DNA of 64,000 nucleotides from contig OZ241834.1 in assembly GCA_965202585.1 (NCBI GenBank), positions 34,348,001 through 34,412,000 on the forward strand. Direction: 5' to 3'. The notes beneath the pieces were generated by a model, which saw nothing but the letters and a program-made list of their open reading frames with translations, searched no databases and was not told the origin of the DNA. The stretch is from Thalia democratica (Eukaryota). The position numbers and the translations under genes are program-made. Of this stretch, positions 1-14,114 are shown piece by piece. The first letter of the stretch is position 1; each line of letters begins with the position of its first letter.

Positions 1-448
1 AATTTCTACTAATTATAAGTAAAATATTCATTACAAGTATTGGAGGTTTTTAACAAACAAAATAAAACAACAAAATTTACATATTTTGACATTAAATTAA
101 AAATAAAACCAGTCTACAAACTTTTTTAGTCCTTTTTTTTTCAAAGTTTAACTGCTTTAGCATGTAAATCATAATACAAGTGTAGCTTATGGTATTGATT
201 TTAAAAATTGTTATGTATCAATAAAACTAATTATTAATTCAATTATTTTTCAATATCTTCATGTAATTTTTAGTTAAGTATAACATCAATTATAAATATT
301 AATACATTGGTTCGTATAATTCAACTGATTCAAAAAATTTTAAAATTTTATTTCAATAAAAGAAAAATAAATAGTTCTGTTATATAATACTATAAATAAA
401 AAAGTGGGTATAGTTGTAAAAGAATAAAGTATTAAGATTTTGTAGTTA

Positions 449-2865
<2,417 letters not shown>

Positions 2866-2970
2866 CCGACCCACTTCATTTCAAGCTTTTCATTGCCTAC
2901 GTTTGTAGATTCCCCTTTTTCATTTAGTTTGTATAAATTACTAATTTTGTTGCAATTTTGAGAAGCATTA

Positions 2971-2976
2971 AATAAA
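2971..2976 (+). terminator. Polyadenylation signal of polyubiquitin
   Basis: AATAAA about 105 nt after the TAA stop, overlapping ATTAAA. Confidence 0.6.
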
Positions 2977-4070
2977 AAGAGCACTGCATTAAGTTGAAAG
3001 TATTAGTTTGTAATATGCATAATTTTTTTTTGAAAATGTTGATGGAAGTATAGGATTTAGGATAGCTTACTAAAAGTATAACGATTAATAATCAAGGTTT
3101 ATCAAAAATTTGGTATTCTTATTGTAGCACACTTTAATTGGAGCTAAAGTAAATATATCATAATCAATAAGAAAAAATTAAAAATTAGTTTATAATCAAG
3201 TTTGTTTATGGTTGATGCAATTCCTGTAAAAAAAATTCTAAAACAGCGTTGCCACTTAGGCTGCTATGAAAATTTAAAAATACCTGAAATTTTAAGAGGA
3301 TAAATGAACAACTTAAGCTGTATTTTCTTAAAAATTAAATAAGATTGTGTTAAATAAATTTTTATTATCTTTAAATAGGTTGAAAATCCTACAATAACAT
3401 GTTAAATAGCAATAAGGTGGATTTTATCTTATAAACAATTTTTAATTTATGCTAATGTAAATTTTGAATACATACAAAGTCAATTTTTTAAAATGCAACA
3501 TTTTAATTTTTCTTAACAGCTTTAAAGTTCTCAAAAGTTAGTAAAAAAACAAAAGCGTAAAATACAATTTATAAGTATCAAAGATAATAAAATTATAATA
3601 AATTGGTACAAGTTGCAGTTAAACCTACTCAAAAAATTTCTATGTAGAGTCATAATCATAAATAACTTTAAAAAGTATTTACTTTGTTAATCTTAAAAAT
3701 ATCTCTTTATGACAAAAGTCAAACAGTACTTTGTTTTGAGTATCAGTATAAAACAGTTGTAGATTTATTCAGAGTTATACGATGTATTAAAATTATGAAA
3801 GATTTTGTGACTATACAAAAACATTTTCAGACTCCGATTTAAGTACTGAAAACACTTGACACTACATGAGCGTTGAAAACTTTTATTTAATAGTAAAATA
3901 CATCAGTCTTAAATACTACCCTTTGCAAAGATGAACATTAAATCGGGTAAAAATTAAAACCAGTTTTGTGCATAATGATTATAGTAATGAATTCTAAAAA
4001 CAAAAAATCATGGGTATCCTTAAAGATTTTGTATAAATTAGAATGTATTTCTGGATATAACAAGATGGAA

Positions 4071-4166
4071 AAATTTAAGAACAGATCTACGGAGTCTCAA
4101 TAAAATCTCTAAGAATAGCTCTATTCTAAGATATTTTTGAGACTCCATAGATCTGTTCTTGAATTT
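4071..4166. repeat. Near-perfect inverted repeat (~45-bp stem hairpin)
   Basis: Arms 4071-4118 and 4121-4166 pair with 3 mismatches, 1 G-T and one 2-nt bulge. Confidence 0.85.
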
Positions 4167-4227
4167 ATTTGAAAGCAGTGAAATGCCGTTAGTCGGAATA
4201 AAGTTTTGGCACAAAAACATCTGTGGC

Positions 4228-4242
4228 ATATATATATATATA
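4228..4242. repeat. (TA)n microsatellite
   Basis: Short TA run. Its paralogue at 8722-8746 is longer, and the paralogous position near 39485 lacks it. Confidence 0.8.
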
Positions 4243-5135
4243 ACATTATTAATGTTTTATTACTTCCTCCATAGTACTCAATTTTTACTCAGTGTTTGAA
4301 ATGTACATTTGTATCTTCTAATCTAACTTAGAAATTTTTTGAGCAAAATAAAAATTTTCATTATATTTTTGAGCTTGATGGATCTAAGCGAAAAGCAAAA
4401 ACATCAACATGCAGTACAATCCTAGAAGTTTGGCGAAAATAAAGAACTCTTCAGTTAGCAACTAAATGATTCACAGTCAAAGTATATAACTTAATTAAAA
4501 ATAAAAGTTGTTCTGGAGCTTAAAGTTATTATATTATTTATTTGATAAACTTAAGTTTAAGATACTAAATAAATTTTAACCAAAATAACAACACTTAATT
4601 TAATAGTTATAAAAGTAATCATGTGTTAATAAGTTTAAATAGAACGAATGACTGTAGTGAATGTTTATATTTTGTTTTCTTAAAACCAATATTAAAATTA
4701 TATCAGAATTAGCTATTTGGTAAAGAAAATATTGGGATCTATTGAGTACGCGTTTTAGGGTTTTGTTATAAATGCGTTCTCATAAGGAAGATTTAAATAA
4801 AATCAAATTATGTAAAACGACATAAAATTTTATTTAACATTTTTTCAACAAACTATTTTTAGACAAGTATCGTAATTACACTAAAATATCGTTGTTAATT
4901 TTACTTTTATTAATTTTTGAACAAAAAGAAATATTAAAAACTATAAAAAGTACTGCAAATTACAACTCTTACCGGCTCATTTATTGAAAAAATTAAACTA
5001 TTTTATTTTGCATTTAACTTTGTATAATAATATTAAATGTTAACGCAGGTTCGTATTCTAATAACTTTTTTTACGACTAAAAAATGATAAAAGTTTACTC
5101 AAGATCTTAGCTGAAAAAAGCTAAGTCAGAAAATT

Positions 5136-5261
5136 TACCCGTGTAAAAGTGACCCTCCGTGCTGAAGTTTCTTCGTGCAAAAATGACCCTTTGCGCAAAA
5201 GTGTCTTCGTGCAAAAGTGTCCCTTAGTGCAAAAATGTCTTCGTGCATATTTGACCCGCTC
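5136..5261. repeat. Degenerate alternating 18/16-bp tandem repeat (GTGACCCTTCGTGCAAAA-like), possible transposon relic
   Basis: Repeated TGACCC/TGTCTT-CGTGCAAAA units ending in TTTGACCCGCTC. Paralogous copies at ~9657-9747 and ~40415-40505. Confidence 0.65.
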
Positions 5262-5733
5262 TCTAAAACGTGATATTACATAGTAGTTATTATTCTATCA
5301 TAGTAGATAGTACTACTCTTTCAAAGTAACTAATTTTTCTTAGTCGTTTTTAAGTTAATACTTTCATATCATAAGCTGGTCCTTGAAAAAGCTTTTAAAT
5401 AGCAACTTAATACCAAGCAATAAATAAATTCAAACGTAAGGAGTATTATTGCTTGTAAATTCAGTTAGTTTTGTATGCTAAAACAAAACTATAAAATCAA
5501 AGCACTGGTATCGTCGTATATAAATAAGCACTAGAATACCTATTAAGACAACAACAAACACTATTTTTTGAAAAAAAATGTTTATTGCTTTTTCGGGTGA
5601 AAATTATAACAAAACGAATCAGCTTAGTTAAATAAAAAGTTCGAAATAAAACATAGTATTGTAGAAGTAACAAAATTACATTGATAAAGATAGGTATCGC
5701 ACACTGAGCACTATAACAAGTGTGGAAATTTAT

Positions 5734-7369
5734 TCACCAACGATCATTCCACACCAAATAAATAACAGAACCATTTTGAATGTTGTAGTCAGACAAAGCC
5801 CTTGCATATTCCAATTTTTCTCCAGCCCAAATCAGATGATGCTTGCGTGGTGGGATACCTGAAAATATTCAAATATTGAAAGTAATAATACATTTAAGCT
5901 TTTTTTTTCACAAATTAGTTAAAGTATATATTAAATTTTTTATACTACTTCAACATTTACAAAAAGTTAAAAATATTACATTAAGCTCAATATTTTAACC
6001 TCAATTATGTAATATTAAGGTATTTTCTTAATGTATGTTAAAAGTATGAGTACTGTTCAATTCATAATACACATTAAAGCTATTATATTTCCAAATTTCG
6101 TAGATTTAAAACTACTTTTAGATGGGACATTTTGAACATATTTACCAAGTTCTTGATATATTATCTTAGAAATTGTCTTAAATCTACAAGCTTAACAAAC
6201 CTTCTTTGTCTTGAATCATGGCTTTGACATTTTCAATGGTGTCAGAAGCTTCAACTTCCAATGTGATGGTTTTACCAGTTACAATTTTCACAAATATTTG
6301 CATTTTTATCTATTGATAAGTTTTTAGTAAAGTCTAACTTATAGTTAAAAAATTGCATAAAACCTTGTAAACTATTTTTAAAAACAACATATACGAGCTT
6401 TAAAATGTTTCGTAAAGTTTTAATATACTACAAAAAATATAACGAAAATACTTAAGAGCATTGACAATTTAATACATGAATTAGTGTTTTGTTAAAAAAA
6501 AAACAATTAAAATTAAAAGAGTCATTTTCTAGTACAAAAATTATTATTACAAAGCAATTGTTGTTTTTAGCATTGTAATCTATTTACACATTTTTTATTC
6601 TATAATGTATTTAATGTTTTTGAACTAAAATAATTTGTTATCCATTGCTATCCTTGTTTAAAAAACTTGTGCTAATGTTTCTGACTTAAGTCAAATATTT
6701 ATTTTTAATTTAATATCTATTTAGGAAAAACAAACTAATATGTAGTTTATTTTCATTCGATGCTAAATTTTCAATGCATTAAAAAGTGAGCATTGGGTAG
6801 TTATTTAAAAAAAACAAACTTATACTACACAATTGTTTTTTCAATAATATTTAGTTATTTGTTTGCTTATATTTTTAATATAACATACTAACTGCAGTAA
6901 GAGTTGATCCATTCTCAACTCCATAATCAGACAAAGTAGAAGGCCTTGAATTTCTTTCATCTTTCAATTCATCTTCACTAAAAAACAAGCGTACTTGATC
7001 TAACGAGTGACCTGAGTTTACAAATAATAACATGAATTTTGTATAAAAATAAGAAAATAGGCCTTGTTTATCTTGGCGAAAAAGTTTTTACAAAAAAATA
7101 AACTTTTATAACCTTTACTTAAGCAACGTAAAAAGTAACAACTAAGTAGTTTATTTAAAAATAAACAATAAATCCTATACTAGTTAAAGACTTTTGATGT
7201 ACATTTCATTGTTTAACATTTTAGTTATATAATTTTGCCAGTTAATTTATTTAAAAAAAGTTTTACTACCTTTTTCTTTAGCTTTATTTCTAAGCTCTTC
7301 AATGCTGTCGGAAGCTTCAACTTCCAATGTGATGGTTTCACCAGAAAAAGTTTTCACAAATATTTGCAT
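5734..7369 (-). CDS. Di-ubiquitin-like protein, minus copy 1 (intact, 150 aa)
   Basis: Exons 7369-7270, 7011-6893, 6309-6201, 5858-5734, all GT-AG, phases 1/0/1. [150 protein letters not shown]. Confidence 0.82.
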
Positions 7370-8721
7370 TTTTATTTTGAAAAGCTGTTAAGATATTTGT
7401 ATTTATAAATCGGTGTCCCACAAAATGCTACCAAGTAAATCTAGTTTTTCTATTTTATTTTTAAGCAAAAATGAATATAAGAAATCAACTGATATTTACT
7501 TATAAAATAAAATGACAACCAAAACACTTGTTTTACTTTCCATACAACTGTTCCTATAAAACTTAATTTTAAATACCAAAATCACTTATTTATTAAACCT
7601 TTTGTCTGTGGTATAAGCTTATCTACAATAATAGTAAATTAAAAGTAAATTTATGTTCAACTTTTTTAAACTAAAAAAGTTTTATTATGGAGCAACATAA
7701 TCTTGACCTTTTAAATAAGTTTGTTTTTATGTCTGTTCAACAGAAATTGTGAAATGTATAATAATCATTGACTTTACTGGAGTTTTAATTTTATACTTTT
7801 GTGTTCATAAGTCACATTTTAAGTTTAAAAGCAATAAAAATCTATGTTTGAATTTGTGCTGTACTTAGTTTAAAAATATTTAAGTACCAGCTTATGATAT
7901 GAAAACAATAAATTTGAACTATCTAAGAAAAACTGGTTACGCTAAAAAAGTAGTACTATCAATTTTTAAAATAAAACATTTTCTATGTAATATACTTTTA
8001 TATATTTGAAGATTGTTGACTGTATTGTTTTCATCAGCTATCAAATAGCTTTTAAAATCTGCTAATTAATAAAAACGGTTCTATAATTTTATCTTTTTGA
8101 AGAACTTAGGTAATGCGCTTACTTATCAATTTTAATATAAATAAGCATATAAAGTATCGTGCTTGATATAAACATTTGATAAACAAAAGTAAAAAATTCC
8201 TGACACAAAATTAAAACTAATATAATACTTTTATGATCAGTTTCATACTTTTGCCCGTACTGTGGCTAAATTTTCTATAAATTTATTGAGATCAAAAAAG
8301 TCTTCATAGTTCAAATTACAAATCTCCTTAACTTAAAATTTTATTTATAACTTCAGAAACTTACTATTTTATATTCGTAAAATTGTTGTGCTAGTTAGTT
8401 GTCATTTTGATAAACTACTTTATAAGTTATACAACTGTTCTTTTTAATGTTAATTTTCAATGTTTTTTTTTTAAGTCTTTAACAAGCCAGACTTACCTAA
8501 AATAAATTCGCGGGCTGTATAAATGAAAAATAAATTGTACAATAAATATTTCATAACTATTAAATAAAACTTTTTATTTTTTAAAGGTAGAAAACCTTCT
8601 TTAAGCTAAAATCTTTAATAAAAATATCATTTTAAAATAACTATTGTATTACAAAAACTGAATTAATAGCAAAAGATTGCTTTTAATATACTGTTTTTGT
8701 TTCTTTTGTATAACATTATTC

Positions 8722-8746
8722 ATATATATATATATATATATATATA
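8722..8746. repeat. (TA)n microsatellite
   Basis: About 12 TA units, marking the start of the duplicated 3' flank of copy 2. Confidence 0.85.
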
Positions 8747-10217
8747 ACATTAATAATGTTATTTTACTTTCTCCATGGTACTAAACTTTTACCCTGTATT
8801 TAAAATGAAAATTTGTTTCTTTTATAGCAAAATAAAAATTTTCATTATATTTTTGAGTTTGATGTATCTGAGCGAAAAGCAAAAAAAAAACACAAAAACA
8901 TTAACATGCAGTTCAATCCTAGAAGTTTCGCAAAATAAAGAAGTTATCAGTTAGCAACTAAATGATTCATAGTCAAAGTAAAAAACTTAATTTAAAAATA
9001 AAAGTTGTTCTAGAATTAAGAGTTATTTTTCTAGTAAAGAACCAATTAAAATAATTATTTATTTGACAAACTTAAGCTTAGGAGATACTAAATAAATTTT
9101 AAACCAATTAACAACACTATATTTAATATTAAAAAAAATAATCACGTGTTAATAAGTTTAATAGAACGAATGCCTATACGGAGTGTTATATTTTGTTTTC
9201 TTAAAAAATTTAGTAAAATTATATCAAAATTAGCTATTTGGTAAAGAAAAATTAAACTAGGATCTTTTGAGTACGCGTTTTTGGGTTCTCAAGAGTGAGG
9301 GCTTAAATAAAAACCAACCATGTATAACAACATAAAATTTTATTTAACATTTTATTCAACAAACTATTTTTAGAGTTTTACAAAGGTTAATTACACTGAA
9401 ATATTGTTGTAAATTGAATTAGAAATACTTTTATAAATGTTTGAACAAAAAAATGTTAAAAACTATAAAAAATACTGCAAAATACTCTTACCAACTTATT
9501 TATTGAAAAAAAGGAGCTATTTTATTTTACATTCAAACTTTGTATAATAATATTAAATGTAAACGCAGGTTCATATTTTAATAACTTTTTTCACGACGAA
9601 AAAATGAAAAAAGTATACTTAAGGTCTTAGCTGAACAAAAATGAGTCAGAAAATTAACTCGTGTAAAAATGACCCTCCGTGCTAAAATATCTTCGTGAAA
9701 AAATTACCCTTTGCGCAAAAATGTCTTCGTGCATATTTGACCCGCTCCCTAAAACGTGATGTTACATAGTAGTTATTATTTTACTATAGTATATAATAGT
9801 ACTCTTTCAACGTAACTAATTTTTTATAGTCGTTTTAAAATTAATATTTTCATATCATAAGCTGGTCCTTGAAAACGCTGTTATATAGCAACTTAATACC
9901 AAGCAAAAATAAATTCAAACATAATGAATATTATTGATTGTAAATTCAGTAACAGTTTTGTAAGCTATAACAAAACTATAAAAGCACTAGTATCGTCGTA
10001 TATAAATATGCACTAGTCTACCGATTAAGATAACAACAAACGCTATCTTTTTGAAAAAATGTTTAATGTATTTTCGAGTGAAAAGTAAAACAAAACAAAT
10101 CAGTTTAGTTGAACAAAAAATTTGAAATATAACATAGTATCATAGCAGTAGAAACATAATTGCATTGATAAAAGTAGGTATCGCATACTAAGCACTGTAA
10201 TAAGTGTGAAAATTTAT

Positions 10218-11904
10218 TCAACCACGAAGTCTCAACACCAAATAAAAAACAGAGCTATTTTGGATGTTGTAGTCAGACAGAATCATTCCATCTTCCTATA
10301 GCTTTCTAACAATAAACAGAACTTGCTGGTCTGCTGGGATACCTGAAAAAATATTCAAATATTGAAAGTAGTATTACATTTCAGCTATTTTTTATTATTT
10401 TCATAAAATTAATTAATTTGAATATTTATTTTAATTTTTATGCTGTTTTAATATTTACATTTGTTATTAACTATACATTTAGCTCTAATTTTATACCTCA
10501 ATTATATACTATTATTGTATTTTATTTTCATGTATGTAAAAAGTATAGATAAGTGTTCGATTCATAATAAACATTGAAGCTATAATTCCAAATTTAGTAG
10601 ACTTAAGTTTACTAATAGATTGAACAGCTTAAATATTTTTACCAAGTTCTTAAATATATCATCTTAAAAGTTGTATATCTACAAGCTAAACAAACCTTCT
10701 TTTTCTTGGATCATTGCTTTGATATCTCCACCGGTATCAGAACCCTCAATTTCCAATGGGATGGTTTTACCAGTCAATGTTTTCACAAATATTCGAATTT
10801 TCTATATATATATAAGATTTTAGTAAAGTTTAACATATAGTTTTAAACTTGCATAAAAAAACTTTTAATAAGAATACAAAAAATAAAATAAACAAGCTTT
10901 TAAAATGTTTTGAAAATTTTTAAACTTACTAAAGATAGTTAATGTACTATAAATTTTATGACGAAAAACAATGTAGAAGAGCTTTGACAACTTAAAACGT
11001 GAACTTCTGTTTTATTTAAAATGTATAATTTTTTAACGAAGAAATTCAAAATAAAACATTTTAAAAATTAAAAGTCATATCATAGTACAAAAATTTCCGA
11101 TACAAATAAATTTAGTTGTTTTTATCATTGTTAGCTATCTACACATTTTGCATTTTAATGTATTAAATGTTTCCATATTAAAACAACTTGTTAACCAAGC
11201 TATCCTTGTATTAAACTTGTATTAATATTTCTGACTATAGTCAAATATTAATATTTAATTTAATACCTGTTTGTATAACTAAATTGTTTTTTATTCGATG
11301 CTAAATTTTCAATGCATTAAGTATTAAGTATTTATCTGAAAAAAACCAAACAAACATATACTACACAATTTTTTTAAAATAATATTTAATTATTTATTTG
11401 CTTATATTTTTTATATAGAGTACTAACTGTAGTAAGAGCTGATCCATTCTCAACTCCATAATCAGACAATGTAGAAGGCCTTGAATTTCTTTCATCTTTC
11501 AATTCATCTTCACCAAAAAACAAGCGTACCTGATCTAACGAGTGACCTAAGTTTTCAATTAATAACATGAATTTTGTTCAAAAATAAGAAGTTAGGCTAA
11601 TTTATCTTGGCAAAAAAGTGTTCACAAAAATATAAACTCAACTTTCATAAACTTTACTTAAGCAACGTAAAAAGTAACAATTAAGTAGTTTACTTAAAAA
11701 TAAACAATAAATCCTATACTAGTTAAAGACTTTTGATGTACAACTGTTTAACATTTCAGTTATATCATTTTGCCAGTTAATTTATTTTAAAAAAGTTTTA
11801 CTACCTTTTTCTTTAGCTTTATTTCTAAGCTCTTCAATGGTGTCAGAAGCTTCAACTTCTAATGTGATGGTTTCACCAGAAAAAGTTTTCACAAAAATTT
11901 GCAT
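10218..11904 (-). pseudogene. Di-ubiquitin-like gene, minus copy 2, premature stop in domain 2
   Basis: Exons 11904-11805, 11546-11428, 10801-10696, 10342-10218. Exon 3 starts AAA ATT CGA (K-I-R; the domain-2 Met is replaced by Ile). In-frame TAG at 10296-10298 (Leu50 position). The residual frame ends LVLRLRG-TGA. Confidence 0.8.
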
Positions 11905-13464
11905 TTTTATTTTGAAAAGCTGTAAAGATATTTGTATTTTTGAATTGGTTGCCCACAAAATGCTACCAAGTAAAACTAGTTTTTCTATTTTCTTTGTAAG
12001 CTTATTAAATGAATATAAGAAATGAAATAATATTTACCTTGAAAATAAAATTGCAACCAATACACTTGTATTACTTTTCATATAACTGTTCCTATAAAAC
12101 TTAGTTTTAATTACCAAAAGCATTAATATGTTAAACCTATTGACAGTATTATAAATTTATCTACAATAATATTAAACTGAAAGTATATTTGTGCTCAACA
12201 TATTTACATAGAAAAGTTTCTTTTGAAACAACATAATCTAGACCTTTTAAATAATTTTTAGTGTCTATTGATGAGAAATTGTGAAATGTATAATAATCAT
12301 TGACTTTACTGGTGTTTTAATTTTCTACTTTTGTGTTCATCAGAAACATTTTGAGTATAAAAACAAAAACAAAAATATGTTTGAAAATTTACTTAGTTTA
12401 AAAATATTTAAGGACCAGCTTATGATATGAAAATAATAACTTTGAATTATCTAAAAAAAAAGTTACGCTAAAAAAGTAGTATCATCAACTTAAAAAATAA
12501 AAAATTTACTATGTAATATATTTCTATATATTGAAAGATTGTTGACTGTATTATTTTCATTCAGCTATCATTCAGCTTTTAAAATGTGCAAACTAATAGA
12601 AACGGTTCTACGATTTTTTTTTGAAGAACTTAGGTAATGCGCTTACTTATCATTTTTAATATAAATAAGCATCTAAAGTATCGTGCTAGATATAAACATT
12701 TGACAAATAAAAGTTAAATGTTTACTGACACAAAATTAAAACTAATGTCTAAAACTTATATAAAGTTTTTATGATCAGTTTCATACTTTTGCCCGTACTA
12801 TGGCTAATTTTTATATAATTTTATTGAGATAAAAAAGTCTTCATAGTTCAAAATACTGTTTTTCCTTAATTTTAAGTTTTATTTATTTCTGCAGAAGCTT
12901 ACTACTTTATATACTTTATTTGTGCTAATTAGTTGAAATTTTGATAAACTACTTTATAAGTTATACAACTGTTCTTTGTGTTTTTGTTTAAAAAAAATCT
13001 AATTCATTTTGAAAAGCTCCAGCAAAACATTATTTATTAAATAGTGATTATCAAGGTCATAAGTGATCATCGCTACTTGTTTATTTACTTTTGTTTAAGA
13101 AATTTATAACAATTGTCATCTAATACCTAAAAACTTAAGTTCAAAAATTGATTTGTTTTGTTACAATAACTGTGGTTCATTCTAAATTGCAGCATTTTCT
13201 ATTTAGATACTATTTTTTTATTGTGGACTAAACCGTTTTTATAGCAACATTTTGGCAAAGCATTTTAAAAGTAATTTACTTGAATTAAAGCATTAGAAAA
13301 AAAAAAGGTAAAAAGCTAGTTTGTTAAGTCAATATTGTTTTAAGTAAGAATAATTTTGTTATTATTTATGTAGTTTATAGTAATAACAAAGTTAAAAATT
13401 TTATTCAAAATATTAAAAGTACAAAGTTTTACAGGTGTGACTTATATATAAAGAAAGGCTTTCC

Positions 13465-13735
13465 AAAAAAAAAACAGGCTGTGACAAGGACTGCCCACCC
13501 TGGCGGGCTTACAGCTACATCGCCTATCAATTTAGGCCAGTGGACCAATGGTACCGCCGGCCAACACATACTTGGTTCACGTCCCGAATTACGGCAATGC
13601 TATCTTGCAGACACATCTGAACTCACTGGGAGTCAGGCTAAGGGCGCCTGGTCCCTAATGGGAGAGCACCACCGGGACTCGAACTCAGGACGCATCGACT
13701 GACAGCGGCTAAGCAAACCACTAGTCAATTTGAGC
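13465..13735 (-). mobile_element. tRNA-derived SINE-like / Pol III-type element
   Basis: On the minus strand: A-box-like TTGACTAGTGG (13718-13728) starting at position 8, B-box GTTCGAGTCCC (13674-13684), a GC-rich body and a terminal T10 tract (13465-13474). Headless paralogue at 28783-28946. Confidence 0.65.
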
Positions 13736-13980
13736 TAAACAAACCCACATTTGAGATTTTCTTAACAAATATTTTGGCTATGCCTTCACAAAAATATACG
13801 ACTCGCGAGATTCGATTGCCTATCGATCGTAAGACACTTAGTCAAACCGCTAACCTATGAAAAATCTTATTTTGAACATTTATTAAAGGTATATAAATGT
13901 TATAAAAAGTTAAAGTTATATGATAATTTTTTTTTATTTTTATGTACATTTAGGTTAAACTTTTCAATTAGATGATTTAT

Positions 13981-14113
13981 TGTGACGCAACAACGGCGTC
14001 CTGAGGGTCGTCAGGTTCAGGGGCGGACATCAGTGCTTGCAGGGAGAGCATCACTGTCCTCAAGGTTAAAATGGATGACCTGTCAAAATGTATAATAGTT
14101 GATGTGGCTAACC
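13981..14113. repeat. GC-rich dispersed-repeat-like island
   Basis: About 130-bp GC-rich segment in AT-rich DNA, with a paralogue at ~29105-29238. Family not identified. Confidence 0.4.
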
Positions 14114-14114
14114 A

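Noticed and set aside
4038-4229. 63-aa minus-strand ORF
   Set aside because: Overlaps the inverted repeat, has no recognisable domain, and starts at a TA microsatellite.
5498-5733. 78-codon open, hydrophobic frame directly after the TGA of copy 1 (possible readthrough membrane tail), and the CxxC-containing ORF 25209-25478
   Set aside because: Not conserved. The in-frame extension is only 6 codons in copy 4, 9 in copy 2 and 25 in copy 3, and the 89-aa ORF is in another frame that is closed in copy 1. T-rich 3' UTR explains the low stop density.
7387-7433. 47-nt 5' UTR micro-intron (GTAGCA...TTAACAG)
   Set aside because: The donor GT is absent in copies 7 and 8, so it is not a reliable family feature.
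10296-10298. TAG reassignment or programmed readthrough as an explanation of the shared stop
   Set aside because: TAG is the normal terminator at 16777, 36685 and 56334. Shared descent is simpler.
11386-11568. ORF-track starts for exon-2 regions (11386-11568, 32035-32217, 41369-41749, 55194-55445) and read-through ORFs 492-731 and 52583-52768
   Set aside because: They begin or end in introns. The coding parts are bounded by conserved AG/GT sites at fixed lengths.
13481-13702. 73-aa plus-strand ORF
   Set aside because: Entirely inside the SINE-like element, and not preserved full-length in the paralogue.
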